From contig CAWBOS010000012.1 of assembly GCA_963790475.1 (NCBI GenBank), forward strand, positions 1,152,001-1,216,000: a stretch of 64,000 bases of DNA, given 5' to 3'. This DNA is from an uncultured delta proteobacterium. Lineage in GTDB: Bacteria > Desulfobacterota > RBG-13-43-22. A program made the translations under genes and the position numbers. The notes under the pieces were generated by a model. The model was not told where the DNA came from, did no database searches, and saw only the letters and a program-made list of their open reading frames with translations. Positions 1-12,706 of this stretch are shown here, in pieces (the stretch's first letter is position 1; each line of letters starts with the position of its first letter).

Positions 1-202
1 AAGGACAGGGAGGTTCAATCCGGTCCGGGGAAGGTTCCAGGATACGGAGCAACCTCCCCTGACTGTAATTTTTTTTTGATCGGATCACCCCCACTTCAAC
101 GACTTCCCCTGGAAGGCCGAAGGGGATAAAGACGACTTTTCCTTCTATCCGGCCGATACCCTCCCCTCCCCAGGAAAGGTCTGTAATACGGACTTCAGGC
201 AT
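1..202 (-). CDS. rlmD: 23S rRNA m5U methyltransferase (TRAM domain), 5' part only, runs off window
   Basis: Manual translation from ATG at 202: MPEVRITDLSWGGEGIGRIEGKVVFIPFGLPGEVVEV...LEPSPDRIEPPCP, typical RlmD/RumA N-terminus; not in ORF track. Confidence 0.85.
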   Translation of the reverse strand, partial: MPEVRITDLSWGGEGIGRIEGKVVFIPFGLPGEVVEVGVIRSKKNYSQGRLLRILEPSPDRIEPPCP

Positions 203-263
203 AATTTTATAATATTCTTATCATGTTAATTTTGAGATTTTATCCCTTCTTTCTTTTTTTGTC

Positions 264-350
264 GGAGTATGAAGTATGGATTCCCTTGGGTCATTAGACC
301 CTTACTCCATTGCCCCAGGACTCCATTACTCCAAGACTCCAATCCCCATT
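264..350. repeat. Short intergenic repeat cluster (GGAGTA / (T)ACTCCA units), REP-like
   Basis: ggagtatgaagtatgga followed by repeated actccatt/actccaa units that can pair with it. Confidence 0.45.
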
Positions 351-678
351 TCCAGTTTTTTGGCATTATAGGGTCTTGTTCCATGCTTTTCCATAATTAT
401 TTAAAACAAATTTAATAGTTGACCTTCTTCGGTTCATTATGCTATGTAAGCAATGACAGTCTATGATTACAGGGTAATCGATCCGGATATCATGGGAGCT
501 TCAAATAAAAGAAAACTCTTAAAGGGCTCCGGCCCTTAAAGTATTCAGTGGGTTTTTTGCGGAAACTCAGGACCGACCCTGATCGCCGGACCTGCCGGTT
601 CAGGGGAAAAAGAATCATCCAATTCCAACAATAATCAAGCATAATACGGTTAAGACCAATAGGAGCATCGTCAAGCCA

Positions 679-1335
679 ATGGGCAAAAAAAAGAATGGAA
701 ATGGAAACGGAAACGGCCGATCTATGGAAGGGATCTATTCTTTTTATTCTCCTTTCTATGATCTGATTTTCGGCAAAGTCTTTGAGTCCGGCAGAAGGCA
801 GGCTATAAATTACTTGAATTCCTCCAGCAAAAAAGTCCTCGAAGTCGGAATCGGAACCGGTTTAACCTTGCCCCATTACCCTAAAAGTTGTCATATCGTG
901 GGGATCGATATCTCCGCCAAGATGATCGAACGGGCCAAACAAAGGGTCAAAGAAATGGGGAATGGGCTCAAGGTCGACCTTGAAGTCATGGACGCCTGTA
1001 AAATGAATTTTGAAGACAATACTTTCGACGCCGTTCTTTCTCCCTATGTTTTTACTACCGTTCAGGACCCTCATCAATTCTGCCAGGAAATTATCCGGGT
1101 CTGTAAACCGGGCGGTCAAATCATTATTGTCAACCACTCTAAAGATCCTGATCGGCTGTTTGGAAAAATAGAATCCATCGCCTCCCCTTTGTTTGCCAAG
1201 GTCGGTTTTGTCACCAACCTGGATGTGGTATCCTTAGTCAGGTCCACGGAAATCGAGATCCAGAGAATCATTAAATGTAATCTCTTTAACCTGCACAAGA
1301 TCATCCTGGGGCAAAAACCCATACCCCTGAGTTGA
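679..1335 (+). CDS. Class I SAM-dependent methyltransferase (PmtA-like phospholipid N-methyltransferase)
   Basis: YDLIFGKVF and VLEVGIGTG SAM motif, GIDIS, RVCKPGG. Confidence 0.8.
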   Translation: MGKKKNGNGNGNGRSMEGIYSFYSPFYDLIFGKVFESGRRQAINYLNSSSKKVLEVGIGTGLTLPHYPKSCHIVGIDISAKMIERAKQRVKEMGNGLKVDLEVMDACKMNFEDNTFDAVLSPYVFTTVQDPHQFCQEIIRVCKPGGQIIIVNHSKDPDRLFGKIESIASPLFAKVGFVTNLDVVSLVRSTEIEIQRIIKCNLFNLHKIILGQKPIPLS

Positions 1336-1461
1336 ACCTTTCTGGAATAAAATACGGAAAACTTTTTCGGGTTCAGCGTTCGTTGAACTCGATGTCATGA
1401 TTTGATAAGGCCCGTCCCAGGCGAGTATGGGGGTATATTTTTAGCCCTTGAGGATCTCCCT

Positions 1462-2884
1462 ATGTTGAAAAAAATAACAAAAAAAGAAGCCCAGGCCTTT
1501 GAAAAAAAACTGGCCTATCACCGGCGGCTGGTCTGGGATGAACTTTCCTCGGAGGAAGGGGAAAAGGTTTGGAAACTTTCCGAGGACTATAAGGTCTTTT
1601 TAAATGCCGCTAAAACTGAACGGGAAACGATCGGAGAAATCACTCGAAGATTAACCCGGGCGAGATTTATCAGCCTTGATCATTCCAACCCCAAGGGTAA
1701 GGTGTTCCAGGTACTGAAGGACAAAGTGTTGGCATTGGCTATTCCCGGAAAAAAACCCTTGTCCGCCGGGTTGCAAATAATCGCCTCCCATGTCGATGCG
1801 CCCCGCTTAGACTTAAAGCAACACCCTTTGTATGAAGAAGCGGATATGGCTTTCTTAAAGACCCATTATTATGGGGGAATAAAAAAATATCAATGGCTGG
1901 CCAGACCCCTTGCCCTTCATGGGACTATCCTTACTGCCGAAAATAAAAAAATCGATCTGGTTATAGGCGAAAAAGACCAGGATCCGGTCTTCTCCGTGGC
2001 CGATCTTCTTCCGCACCTGGCCCGAAAGGTCCAGATGGAAAAAAAGCTCTCCGAGGCCATTGAAGGTGAAAAACTCAACATCCTGGTCGGGAGTATTCCT
2101 CTGGGGCCGGAGGAAACCAAGGAACGGTTCAAGCTGGCGATCTTGCGGCATCTTAATGAAAAATACGGACTGATTGAAGAGGACCTGGTCAGTGCTGAAC
2201 TGGAACTGGTTCCGGCCGAGCCGGCCCGGGATGTAGGCCTGGACCGGGGGATCATCGGGGCCTATGGCCAGGATGATCGGGCCTGTGTCTTCAGCGCTTT
2301 GAAAGCCGCCCTGGAGGTCGAAAATCCAAACAGGACCGTGGTGCATCCTGTTTTTTGACAAAGAGGAAGTCGGCAGCGAAGGCAACACCAGCGCCCGGGC
2401 CCAGATATTGGAAACCTTTCTGACAAGCTTGTTTTCCCTAAAACGGGAGGCCTTTTCTCAGGAGATCCTCAATGAGACCCTGGCCGCTTCCCGGGCCATT
2501 TCGGCCGATGTGGCCGGGGCCTTGGACCCTGATTATCAGGAGGTCCATGAAAAGCGGAATGCTCCGCGTCTGGGGTGCGGACTTTGCCTGACTAAGTTTA
2601 CCGGTTCAGGCGGCAAAATCGGCTCCAGCGATGCCCATGCTGAATATGTTTACTGGATCAGGCAGTTGTTCAACCGGAACGGAATAGTCTGGCAGACCGG
2701 GGAATTGGGCAAGGTGGATGAAGGGGGAGGGGGTACAATCGCCAAATTTTTAGCCACTCTGGGACTGGACATTGTGGATTGCGGCACTCCGGTCCTGTCC
2801 ATGCATTCTCCCTTCGAATTGGTCAGTAAGGCCGACTTATATATGACTTACAAAGGATATAAGGCATTTCTTCTGTCATCATAA
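1462..2884 (+). CDS. M18 family aminopeptidase, split by a frameshift near 2345
   Basis: SHVDAPRLDLK, THYYGGIKKYQW, GQDDRAC in ORF 1402..2358; FDKEEVGS resumes in another frame; SADV, SMHSPFE in 2408..2884. Confidence 0.9.
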
Positions 2885-3012
2885 CCGGTTCCAATTTCCA
2901 TCCGGTTCTTTCACCTTTTTGCATTGATATTCTTGTTCTTTGCCTGCTTTTAACTGGACTCCTTCTCTTTAAAAATAATATGGATATATAACAATAAAAT
3001 AAGCTTATCTAC

Positions 3013-4344
3013 TTGAAAATAATAATTTTTATGCCAATAAGCCTTGTCCTCTATAATATCCTTTCCGGGATTCTTTTTTTAGTTGGGTTTCCTTTCCTGA
3101 TCTTGTATAATCTGGCGCAGGGAAAGTACAGCAATCGTCTGGTCGAGAGGTTGGGGCGCTATCCGCTATCCTTTCGGCCTGAGGATGACTCGCCCGACTC
3201 GAAACCCATCTGGATTCATGCCGTCTCGATGGGCGAGGTCAAGGCCGCCGTTGCCCTGACCCAGAGGATCAAAGAGCAACTCCCCGATGTTCCCATTCTT
3301 GTTTCAACAACTACTCCGGCAGGAAGGGAAACAGCTGAAACGCTCTTGGGAAAGGAAATATCCGTTATTTACTTTCCCCTGGATTTTTACCCCTGCGTAA
3401 AAAGGGCGGTGAACTTCTTTCGCCCCAGGGCCTTTGTGGCTATGGAGACCGAATTATGGCCCAACTTTCTTTTTCAAGTTGACAAATCAGGCAGTAAATT
3501 GATCCTGGCTAACGGTCGGATCTCCAACCGTTCTTTTAAACGATATAGAAGTTTTCGCTGGTTATTTAGGCCGGTACTGGAAAAGTTCAAGGTGCTGATG
3601 GTCAGGGATGCGGATGATGCCAACAAATTGATTAGGTTAGGGGCTAATCCTGAGCGGGTCCAGGTTTTTGGAAACATCAAATATGATGGTCTATTGGAAC
3701 AGGCTAAGGAGACCTTGCCCCCCATGATTCGGCAACGGCTTCTTCTTCCGGAAGACAAATCTGTAATCCTCGCCGGCAGTACCCGTGGGGGCGAGGAAGA
3801 GGTGCTTCTTGCGGTCTATCACCATCTAAAGGCCTCTTTCCCGGACTTGATTTTAATCCTGGTTCCCCGGCATATCAATCGATGTCCTGAGATAGAAAAG
3901 CTGTTACAAAAGCAAGGGACCCCTTACCAGTTATATAGCCGGATCATTTCGCCGGAGGGGCAGAGGAAAGAAGCGGTCATCCTCGTCGATCGAATCGGTG
4001 ATCTCTTTGCCCTCTACAGCCTGGCCACCCTGGTTTTCTGCGGGGCCAGCCTGGTCCCTAAGGGAGGGCAGAATATTTTAGAACCGGCAGCCTGGGGGAA
4101 ACTGGTCTTCTATGGACCTCACATGGACGATTTTAAAGATGCTTGCCGTCTTTTGGAAGAGGCCGGGGCCGGGATTATGATCCGCAACCAGGAAGAATTG
4201 GAAAAACAAATGGCCTATTATTTAATACACCCGGAAGAACGGAAAAAACGAGGAGAAGCCGGCCGGGAGATTTTGAAATCACAGGCGGGATTAACGAAAA
4301 AAGCGGCGGGGATTATCGCCGAAGTGATAAGGACTCCGGATTGA
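3013..4344 (+). CDS. waaA: 3-deoxy-D-manno-octulosonic acid (Kdo) transferase
   Basis: IWIHAVSMGE, ETELWPN, LANGRIS, AGSTRGGEE, LVPRH, GGQNILEPA. Confidence 0.95.
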   Translation: MKIIIFMPISLVLYNILSGILFLVGFPFLILYNLAQGKYSNRLVERLGRYPLSFRPEDDSPDSKPIWIHAVSMGEVKAAVALTQRIKEQLPDVPILVSTTTPAGRETAETLLGKEISVIYFPLDFYPCVKRAVNFFRPRAFVAMETELWPNFLFQVDKSGSKLILANGRISNRSFKRYRSFRWLFRPVLEKFKVLMVRDADDANKLIRLGANPERVQVFGNIKYDGLLEQAKETLPPMIRQRLLLPEDKSVILAGSTRGGEEEVLLAVYHHLKASFPDLILILVPRHINRCPEIEKLLQKQGTPYQLYSRIISPEGQRKEAVILVDRIGDLFALYSLATLVFCGASLVPKGGQNILEPAAWGKLVFYGPHMDDFKDACRLLEEAGAGIMIRNQEELEKQMAYYLIHPEERKKRGEAGREILKSQAGLTKKAAGIIAEVIRTPD

Positions 4345-4345
4345 A

Positions 4346-5485
4346 ATGAAGGCGTTATTAGCATTAGAAGACGGGACGGTATTCCCGGCCCGGTCCTTCA
4401 CCGGCCCTGGAGAGGCCGAAGGGGAATGTGTGTTCAACACGGCCATGACCGGATATCAGGAAATCATGACCGACCCTTCGTATAAAGGACAGTTGGTGAC
4501 CATGACCTATCCCTTGATCGGGAATTACGGAACCAATGATCAGGATGTCGAATCAGACCGGATCCAGGTCGAGGCCTTTTTGGTCAAGGAATATCTGCCC
4601 TTTCCGAGCAATTTTCGCTCTCAGGCCCCTTTGGCTGATTATCTTAAGAAAAATAAGGTGCTGGGACTAGAGGGAATCGACACCAGGGCCTTGACCCGTC
4701 ATCTGAGAAATTGTGGGGCTATGCGAGCTGTTGGCTCGACAGAAGAATTAAGACCGGAAGTATTAATCGAAAAGGCAAGGTCCATTCCATCTATGCTCGG
4801 CCTGGCATTGGCTGATCGGGTCACCACCTCCCGGCCTTACCGCTGGATTCAAGGCAAACCACAACCCATCCCTTCGGAGCAGGTGGTCCATCCATGGAAT
4901 GCCAGTGGATCTGAATATAAGGTGGTGGTTGTCGACTACGGTATTAAATACAACAGTCTCCGCTCATTAGAGAAGAGAGGATGTCAGGTACTGGTAGTGC
5001 CGGCCCAGACTTCGGACCGGGAAATCCTGGCTTTAAGACCTGACGGCCTATCTACTTTCCAACGGCCCCGGTGATCCGGCCGCCGACCTGGGGATCATAA
5101 AGACCATTCAAAATCTCTTGGGCCTGATGCCCATATTCGGTATCTGTCTGGGGAATCTTTTCCTGGGCTGGCCTTGGGTGGGACAACTTCAAAACTCAAG
5201 TTCGGCCACCGGGGGGCCAACCAGCCGGTCAAATATTTGAAGACCGGCCGGGTGGAAATCACCTCTCAGAATCACGGCTTTTCCGTGGATTTGGAATCGC
5301 TGAAGGATCCCGACGTGGAACTGACCCATATCAACTTAAACGATCAAACCCTGGAAGGGATGGAACATAAAAGGCTGCCCATTTTTTCCGTCCAGTATCA
5401 TCCCGAGGCCTCGCCCGGTCCTCATGATGCCTCTTATTTATTTGATCATTTCCTGTCCCTCATGAGGAAAAGCCGGAGAAAATAG
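4346..5485 (+). CDS. carA: Carbamoyl-phosphate synthase small subunit, frameshifts near 5050 and 5170
   Basis: [17 protein letters not shown] and GICLG in shifted frame, [22 protein letters not shown]. Confidence 0.95.
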
Positions 5486-5488
5486 TCC

Positions 5489-8400
5489 ATGCCCAAACGA
5501 ACCGACATTCAAAAAATACTGATTATCGGCTCCGGACCGATCATCATCAGTCAAGCCTGCGAATTTGATTATTCGGGCACCCAGGCCTGCAAGGCCTTGC
5601 GGGAGGAAGGTTTTGAAATCGTCCTGGTCAACAGCAACCCGGCCACGATCATGACCGACCCGGAGATGGCCCATAGAACTTATATCGAACCGGTCACTCC
5701 CGGAAATCGTGGCCAAGATAATCGAACGGGAACGCCCTCAGGCCTTACTGCCGACCTTGGGCGGGCAGACCGGTCTTAACACCGCTGTTGCCGTAGCCGA
5801 GATGGGGGTTTTGGACCGTTTCGGCGTTGAAATGATCGGGGCCTCGCTACCGGTGATTAAAAAGGCCGAGGACCGGGATGAGTTCCGCCGGGCCATGTGG
5901 AAGATCGGGTTGCGAGTGCCGGAAAGCGTTATTGTCACCAGCTTGGAGGAAGCCCGCGCCCAGGCCGAAAAAATCGGCTACCCGAATATCATTCGGCCCA
6001 GCTTTACCTTGGGTGGGACCGGCGGTGGAGTGGCCTATAACCGGGAGGAATTCGAACGCCTGGTAACCTCCGGACTTGAGGCCAGCATGATCCATCAGGT
6101 CATGCTGGAGGAATCGGTCTTGGGCTGGAAGGAATTTGAACTGGAGGTCATGCGGGATTTCAAGGACAATGTGGTCATTATTTGTTCCATTGAAAATTTC
6201 GATCCCATGGGCGTCCATACCGGGGATTCCATTACCGTGGCCCCGGCCCAGACCCTGACCGACAAAGAGTATCAATTAATGCGGGATGCCTCTCTGGCTA
6301 TCATCCGCGAGATCGGGGTGGAGACCGGCGGATCCAATATCCAGTTTGCCGTGCATCCCGGGACCGGCGAGATGGTGGTCATTGAAATGAATCCCCGGGT
6401 CTCCCGGTCCTCGGCCCTGGCCTCAAAGGCTACCGGATTTCCAATCGCCAAGATCGCCGCCAAACTGGCCGTGGGTTATACCCTCGATGAAATCCCCAAT
6501 GACATCACCAAAGAGACCATGGCCTCTTTTGAACCGACCATTGATTACTGCGTGGTGAAGATCCCCCGCTGGACCTTTGAAAAATTTCCCGGAGCGGAAG
6601 ATTACCTGACCACTTCCATGAAATCCGTAGGCGAGGCCATGGCCATCGGCCGAACCTTCAAAGAAGCTCTGCAAAAAGGGATCCGCTCCCTGGAAATCGG
6701 AAGATTCGGGTTTGGGGCCGACGGAAAGGATCTTTTTCAGATTCCTTTGGATGAAATCCACAAAAAACTCCGCCAGCCCAATTCCCAACGGATTTTTTAT
6801 TTGAAGGCCGCTCTAGAGGCGGGCATTGGGGTTGAAGAAATTTATGACCTGACCGGGATAGACCCTTGGTTTCTCCGTAACCTGTCCCAGATTTTGGTCA
6901 TGGAAAAAACCTTGGCCGGACAGACCATGGAAACTCTGACGCCGGAATTGCTGCGACAGGCCAAGGAATACGGCTTCTCCGATGTGCAGCTCGGCCATTT
7001 GCTAAAGGCGCCTTCAGCGGAAGTATTTGAGAAAAGACAAAAACTCGAGATGCTTCCGGTCTACAAATTAGTGGATACCTGCGCTGCCGAATTCGAGGCC
7101 TATACCCCTTATTATTATTCGACCTATGAGCAGGAAGATGAGTCTCGGGCTTCGGAAAAAGAACGGATCATGATCCTCGGCGGCGGGCCCAACCGGATAG
7201 GGCAGGGGATCGAATTCGACTATTGCTGTGTCCATGCTTCCCTGACGGCCAGGGAAGAGGGCTATACCAGCATCATGGTCAACAGTAATCCGGAAACGGT
7301 CAGCACGGACTATGATATTTCCGACAAACTGTATTTTGAACCCCTCACCCATGAAGATGTCTATCATATCATCGACCGGGAAAAACCCAAGGGGGTCATC
7401 GTTCAGTTCGGGGGCCAAACCCCTTTGAATCTTGCTGTGGGTCTTCAAGCGGTCTCGGCCCCGATCATCGGCACTTCACCGGACAGTATCGACCGGGCCG
7501 AAGACCGGGAACGCTTTAAAAAATTATTGAAAAAGTTGGGTTTGCTTCAGCCGGAAAACGGGACGGCCTTTACCACCCAGGAAGCCCTGGCCGTTGCCGA
7601 AACGATCGGCTACCCCGTGGTCGTCCGGCCTTCTTATGTCCTGGGTGGCCGGGCGATGGAGATTGTTTATGAGCCGGCGGCCCTGGAAATTTTTATGGCC
7701 AAAGCGGTTCTGGTCTCACCGGGCCATCCTATCCTGATCGATAAATTTCTGGAGGAGGCCATTGAAATCGACGTGGACGCTGTTTCCGACGGGCAAAAGT
7801 CCTTGATCTGCGGGATTATGGAACATATTGAAGAGGCGGGGATCCATTCCGGCGACAGTGCTTGCGTCCTGCCCCCTTATACGCTCAAAGCAGAGCAGAT
7901 TGACCGGATTAAATCCAATACCTATGCCTTGGCCCGGGAGTTGGGGGTTCAGGGTCTTATGAATATTCAATATGCGATTAAAGGCGACACCCTCTATGTC
8001 CTGGAGGTCAATCCCCGGGCTTCGCGGACGATCCCCTTTGTCAGTAAGGCCACCGGAATTCCTTGGGCCAAGGTGGCTACCCGGGTGATGCTGGGTCTGA
8101 CCCTGGAATCGCAAGGGTTGACTAAAGAGATTGTTCCCGCCCATATTTCAGTCAAGGAATCGGTATTCCCCTTCTTACGTTTTCCTGGAGTGGATACGCT
8201 GCTTGGCCCGGAGATGAAGTCCACCGGAGAGGTCATGGGCATTGATCAAAGTTTCGGCCTGGCCTTCGCCAAATCGCAGTTGGCCGCCGGCGTCGATCTG
8301 CCCCTGACCGGCACGGTCTTTATCAGTGTCAAAGACCAGGATAAAAAAATGATTCTATCCACGGCCCAAAAGCTCTATAATCTGGGGTTTAAAATCATGG

Positions 8401-8751
8401 CCACTGCCGGGACTTCACAATTCTTGGACCAGGCCGGCTTTCCCAACCAAAAAGTCAACAAGGTCCGGGAAGGAAGGCCTCATGTGGTGGACCTCATGAA
8501 GAACGGGGAGATTCAATTGGTCATCAACACCACCATTGGTTCAAAAAGCGTTTCTGAATCCGCCTCCATCCGGCAGACCGCTCTCGATTAACCAGATCCC
8601 TTATACCACCACGGTGGCCGGGGCCAGGGCCACGGCCGAGGCGATTGAAGCCCTGCAGCAAAAAAAACTTTCCGTAAGAACCATACAGGAGTATCATAAG
8701 GATTTGAAAATAGCTCAAAGTCTGAAAGTTTTTCTTTCGGAACGGGAATAA
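5489..8751 (+). CDS. carB: Carbamoyl-phosphate synthase large subunit, frameshifts near 5705 and 8585
   Basis: [53 protein letters not shown] domain IPYTTT in last frame. Confidence 0.97.
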
Positions 8752-8841
8752 CGTCGATGGGTTTTAAAAACTTTTTTTAGGTTGTCAAAGTTACGGGGTT
8801 TGGTTTACTTTTCAACAGAAAATCATTTAAAGGCAACAACA

Positions 8842-10246
8842 ATGGAAATTTTTGAAGATCGGGCATTAAAAGAGGAATGCGGCATTTTCGGGATTTTTGG
8901 CCATCCGGATGCTGCTAAACTAACCTATTTCGGTTTATACGCCTTGCAGCACCGCGGGGAAGAGAGCGCCGGTATCGTCATTTCCGACGGCACCCAGGTT
9001 CGGGAACAAAGAGGAATGGGTCTGGTGGCCGATGTTTTTGACGAACAAAGCCTTGCCGCCCTTCATGGGAACCTGGCTATAGGACATGTCCGCTATTCCA
9101 CTACCGGTTCCTCGATGTTGAAAAATGCCCAACCCTTCCTGGTTTCTCATGGCGGAATGTCCCTGGCCATCGCCCACAACGGAAATCTGACCAATGCCCA
9201 TGAACTCCGCCTGGGGTTGGAAAAGAAAGGGGCCATCTTTCAATCCAGCATGGATAGCGAGATTTTCATTCATCTCATCGCCCATGGGTTGACACAGGGA
9301 TTTGAAACGGCCCTCATTCAGGCCTTATCCCAGGTTCAGGGGGCCTATTCCATGCTCCTTTTAACTCAGGATCAAATCATTGGGGCCCGGGATCCCAACG
9401 GTTTTCGCCCCTTGTGCCTGGGGAGATTGAACGGGGCTTATGTGCTGGCTTCCGAGACCTGCGCCCTGGATCTGGTGGAGGCCCAATATGTGCGGGATAT
9501 TGAACCCGGCGAAATTATTTTTATCAACAAGAACGGTCTTCGCTCCGTCAAGCCGACCACGTAAGGTCCGGAAGTCCTTTTGCATCTTTGAATTTATTTA
9601 TTTTGCCCGGCCGGACAGTTATATCTTCGGGCAGAATGTTTATCAGGTCCGGAAGCGATTGGGGCAGATGCTGGCCAAGGAATTCCAACTCCAGGGGGAT
9701 CTGGCCATGCCCTTCCCGGATTCCGGGAATTACGCCGCCCTGGGTTTTGCTGAAGCCTCTAACATCCCTTTTGAAATGGCAGTCATCCGCAATCATTATG
9801 TGGGACGAACCTTTATTCAGCCCACTCAGAGTATGCGGGATTTCGGGGTTCGGGTCAAACTCAATCCGGTCCGCTCGGTACTGAAAGGAAAACGGGTGGT
9901 CATCATCGAAGATTCCATAATCCGGGGGACCACCAGCCGCACCCGGGTTCAGGCCGTTCGTTCCGCCGGAGCCAGGGAAATTCATATGCTGGTCAGCTGC
10001 CCCCCGCATCAATTCCCTTGTTTTTACGGAATCGATTTTTCTACCAAAGGGGAGTTGATCGCCTGCCACCATTCCGTGGAGGAAATCAGAAAATATTTAG
10101 GTTTGGATGGGTTGGGATATCTCAGTGTCGACGGGATGGTTGCGGCCACCGGTCTGCCGGAGTCGAACTTTTGCCTGGCCTGTTTTGACGGCCGGTACCC
10201 GGTACAACCCGATCTGGCCTTTACCAAGGATTGTCTGGAAGGGTAG
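8842..10246 (+). CDS. purF: Amidophosphoribosyltransferase, frameshift near 9560
   Basis: EECGIFG propeptide/Cys1, LQHRGEES, GHVRYST, CIFEFIYFARPDS, DSIIRGTT, C-terminal CLAC. Confidence 0.97.
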
Positions 10247-10255
10247 TACGCGCTC

Positions 10256-11230
10256 ATGGTATTGGATGACGCCAAAGAGGTATTGGAAGTCGAAGCCCAG
10301 GGGATATTAAGTCTCATTCCCAAGTTGGGACCGGAATTTGAAAAGGCCGTTGAGGCCATCTATCAACTCCAAGGACGAGTGATTTTGACCGGAATCGGTA
10401 AGGCGGGTATCGTGGCCAGGAAGATCGTGGCCACCTTAAACAGCACCGGAACCCCGGCTCTGTTTCTGCATCCGGTGGATGCCATGCACGGTGACCTGGG
10501 GATGGTCACCTCCAAAGATATCGTCCTGGCCATCTCCAACAGCGGGGAAACCGTGGACCTGAACATTATTCTGCCCAGTATCAAACAAATCGGGGCCAAG
10601 CTGATTTCTTTTGTCGGCAACCCGGAATCGACTCTGGCCAGACAAAGTGATCTGATGATCGATGTCGGGGTGGAAAAGGAGGCCTGTCCCCTGGGATTGG
10701 CCCCGACGACCAGCACCACCGCCGCCCTGGCTATGGGTGATGCCCTGGCGGTGGCCTTGATTAAACGGCGGCAGTTCAATCATCAGGACTTTAAACGATT
10801 TCATCCCGGAGGAAGCCTTGGGGAACGGTTGTCGGTTAAAGTCTCCGAGGTCATGCTCACCGGCGAGCAGGTCCCGATGGTATCTCCCAACCAAACTCTA
10901 TTGGAAGCCGTTGAGGCGGATGCCAAAGATCTGGGGGCCACTCTGGTGGTGGATCATGATCAAAAGTTGGTAGGTATTATAACCGATGGGGACTTAAGAA
11001 GGCTCTTTAAACGGAAGTTGTCTCTGGAAGAAACCCTCATCGGACAAGTCATGACCCCGGATCCCAAGTCCATTTCACCCGAGATTCTGGCCTCCGAGGC
11101 CCTGGAAATGATGGAACAGTACCTGATCACCATCCTGCCTATTGTCGACTCCCAGAAAAAGGTCTTGGGTATTTTACATCTGCACGACTTGCTGGGCAAA
11201 GGGGAATTTAAATTCAGTAACAGGGAGTGA
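10256..11230 (+). CDS. kdsD: Arabinose-5-phosphate isomerase (SIS + 2 CBS)
   Basis: TGIGKAG, HGDLG, SNSGET, EACPLGLAPTTST, FHPGGSLG, ITDGDLRR. Confidence 0.93.
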   Translation: MVLDDAKEVLEVEAQGILSLIPKLGPEFEKAVEAIYQLQGRVILTGIGKAGIVARKIVATLNSTGTPALFLHPVDAMHGDLGMVTSKDIVLAISNSGETVDLNIILPSIKQIGAKLISFVGNPESTLARQSDLMIDVGVEKEACPLGLAPTTSTTAALAMGDALAVALIKRRQFNHQDFKRFHPGGSLGERLSVKVSEVMLTGEQVPMVSPNQTLLEAVEADAKDLGATLVVDHDQKLVGIITDGDLRRLFKRKLSLEETLIGQVMTPDPKSISPEILASEALEMMEQYLITILPIVDSQKKVLGILHLHDLLGKGEFKFSNRE

Positions 11231-11233
11231 GCC

Positions 11234-12587
11234 GTGGATCATCTGCAACATTTGACCGAGGAAGATATCGTCATTGAAAACCTGGGCCCGCCCAAAATCA
11301 ATTCTCCGGTAAGATGCATCAACCTTCAAGGCCAGGAAGTCGGTCCGGTTTCCCTGCAGAAACTTCGTCACCGAAGACGATCGGGTGGTGGTTGATAATT
11401 CCCAGAAATATTTTTTGGAGTGTTGTGAAAAAGGGGAAAGTCCTCTGTCCTTTGAAAAGGCCGGCCCGCGGCAGAAAATCTATTTCGATCCCAAAAAAAT
11501 CAAATGTGCCATTGTCACTGCCGGGGGGCTTTGTCCGGGATTGAATGATGTCATCCGTTCCATTGTTCTTGAACTGTATTATATTTACGGGGTGGACAAT
11601 GTGATCGGTATCCCTTTTGGGTATCAGGGCTTTATCCCCCAATACGGTCACCCGGTCATCGATCTGACCCCGGAGCGGGTTTCCTATATTCATGAGCTGG
11701 GGGGGACGATTCTCTCCTCTTCCCGGGGCCAATACAAAATCGAAGAAATTGTGGATTCCCTTCAGCAATTGAACATCAATATTCTCTTCACCATCGGCGG
11801 GGACGGCACCTTGCGCGGGGCCCAGGAGATTTCTCGGGAAATTGAGAAAAGGGGGCTGATCACCTCGGTCATCGGCATTCCCAAAACCATTGACAATGAC
11901 ATTTCCTGGGTGGAAAAATCCTTCGGCTTTGAAACGGCCGTGGAAGATGCCGCCAAGGTGATCCAAAGCGCCCATGTCGAAGCGCTGGGGGCCCCCAGGG
12001 GGATCGGGATGGTCAAGCTGATGGGGCGATATTCCGGTTTTATCGCCGCCAGTGCCGCCCTGGCCTCCCGGGATGTCAATTTCGTATTGATCCCGGAATC
12101 GGATTTTGATTTGGAAGGTTCCGGAGGATTATTGGTCGCCTTGGAAAAACGTTTGGAAAAGAGAGGGCATGCCGTCATCGTAGTGGCCGAGGGGGCGGGA
12201 CAAAAATATCTGGCCGACCTTCCCCAAACCAAAGATCCGTCGGGAAATATCCGATTGAAAGATATCGGGACTTATCTGACGGAACGAATCAATCACCATT
12301 TTGCCGAAAAGAATAGTGAGATCAACCTGAAATATATCGATCCCAGTTATATCATCCGCAGCCAGCCGGCCAATTCCAATGATCGGATATTTTGCGGTTT
12401 TCTGGGTCAGCATGCTGTTCATGCCGGGATGGCCGGGAAAACCAATATGCTGGTCAGCCTCTGGAATAACGAGTATGTGCATCTCCCCATCCGGGCTGCT
12501 GTGGCCCAAAGAAAGCAGGTCGATCTGGTGGGGAATATGTGGATGAGTGTTTTGGAATCCACCGGCCAGCCGTCGCTGGAAAATTGA
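11234..12587 (+). CDS. pfkA: ATP-dependent 6-phosphofructokinase (plant/spirochaete-like clade), frameshift near 11360
   Basis: GGLCPGLNDVIR, GGDGTLRGA, PKTIDND, KLMGRYSGFIA, KYIDPSY; N-terminus from GTG 11234 is in another frame. Confidence 0.92.
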
Positions 12588-12706
12588 CATGAAAAGATAA
12601 GAACCGTTCGTCGTTCAGCGTTCGGCGTTTGTCGATAAAGTCAATAAACATTCCCCACCTATTGCTTATTGCCCATCGCCTATTGCCTTATTTTTAGGAG
12701 TTCAGT

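Noticed and set aside
264-350. CRISPR-like or coding repeat
   Set aside because: Units are only 6-8 nt with no spacers; similar low-complexity intergenic repeats occur near 12605-12690 and 63840-63920. No CRISPR array, tRNA or rRNA was recognised in the window.
4346-12587. Programmed frameshifting or true pseudogenes in carAB, purF, pfkA
   Set aside because: Core genes otherwise well conserved, with no shared slippery motif; sequencing indels are the simpler explanation.
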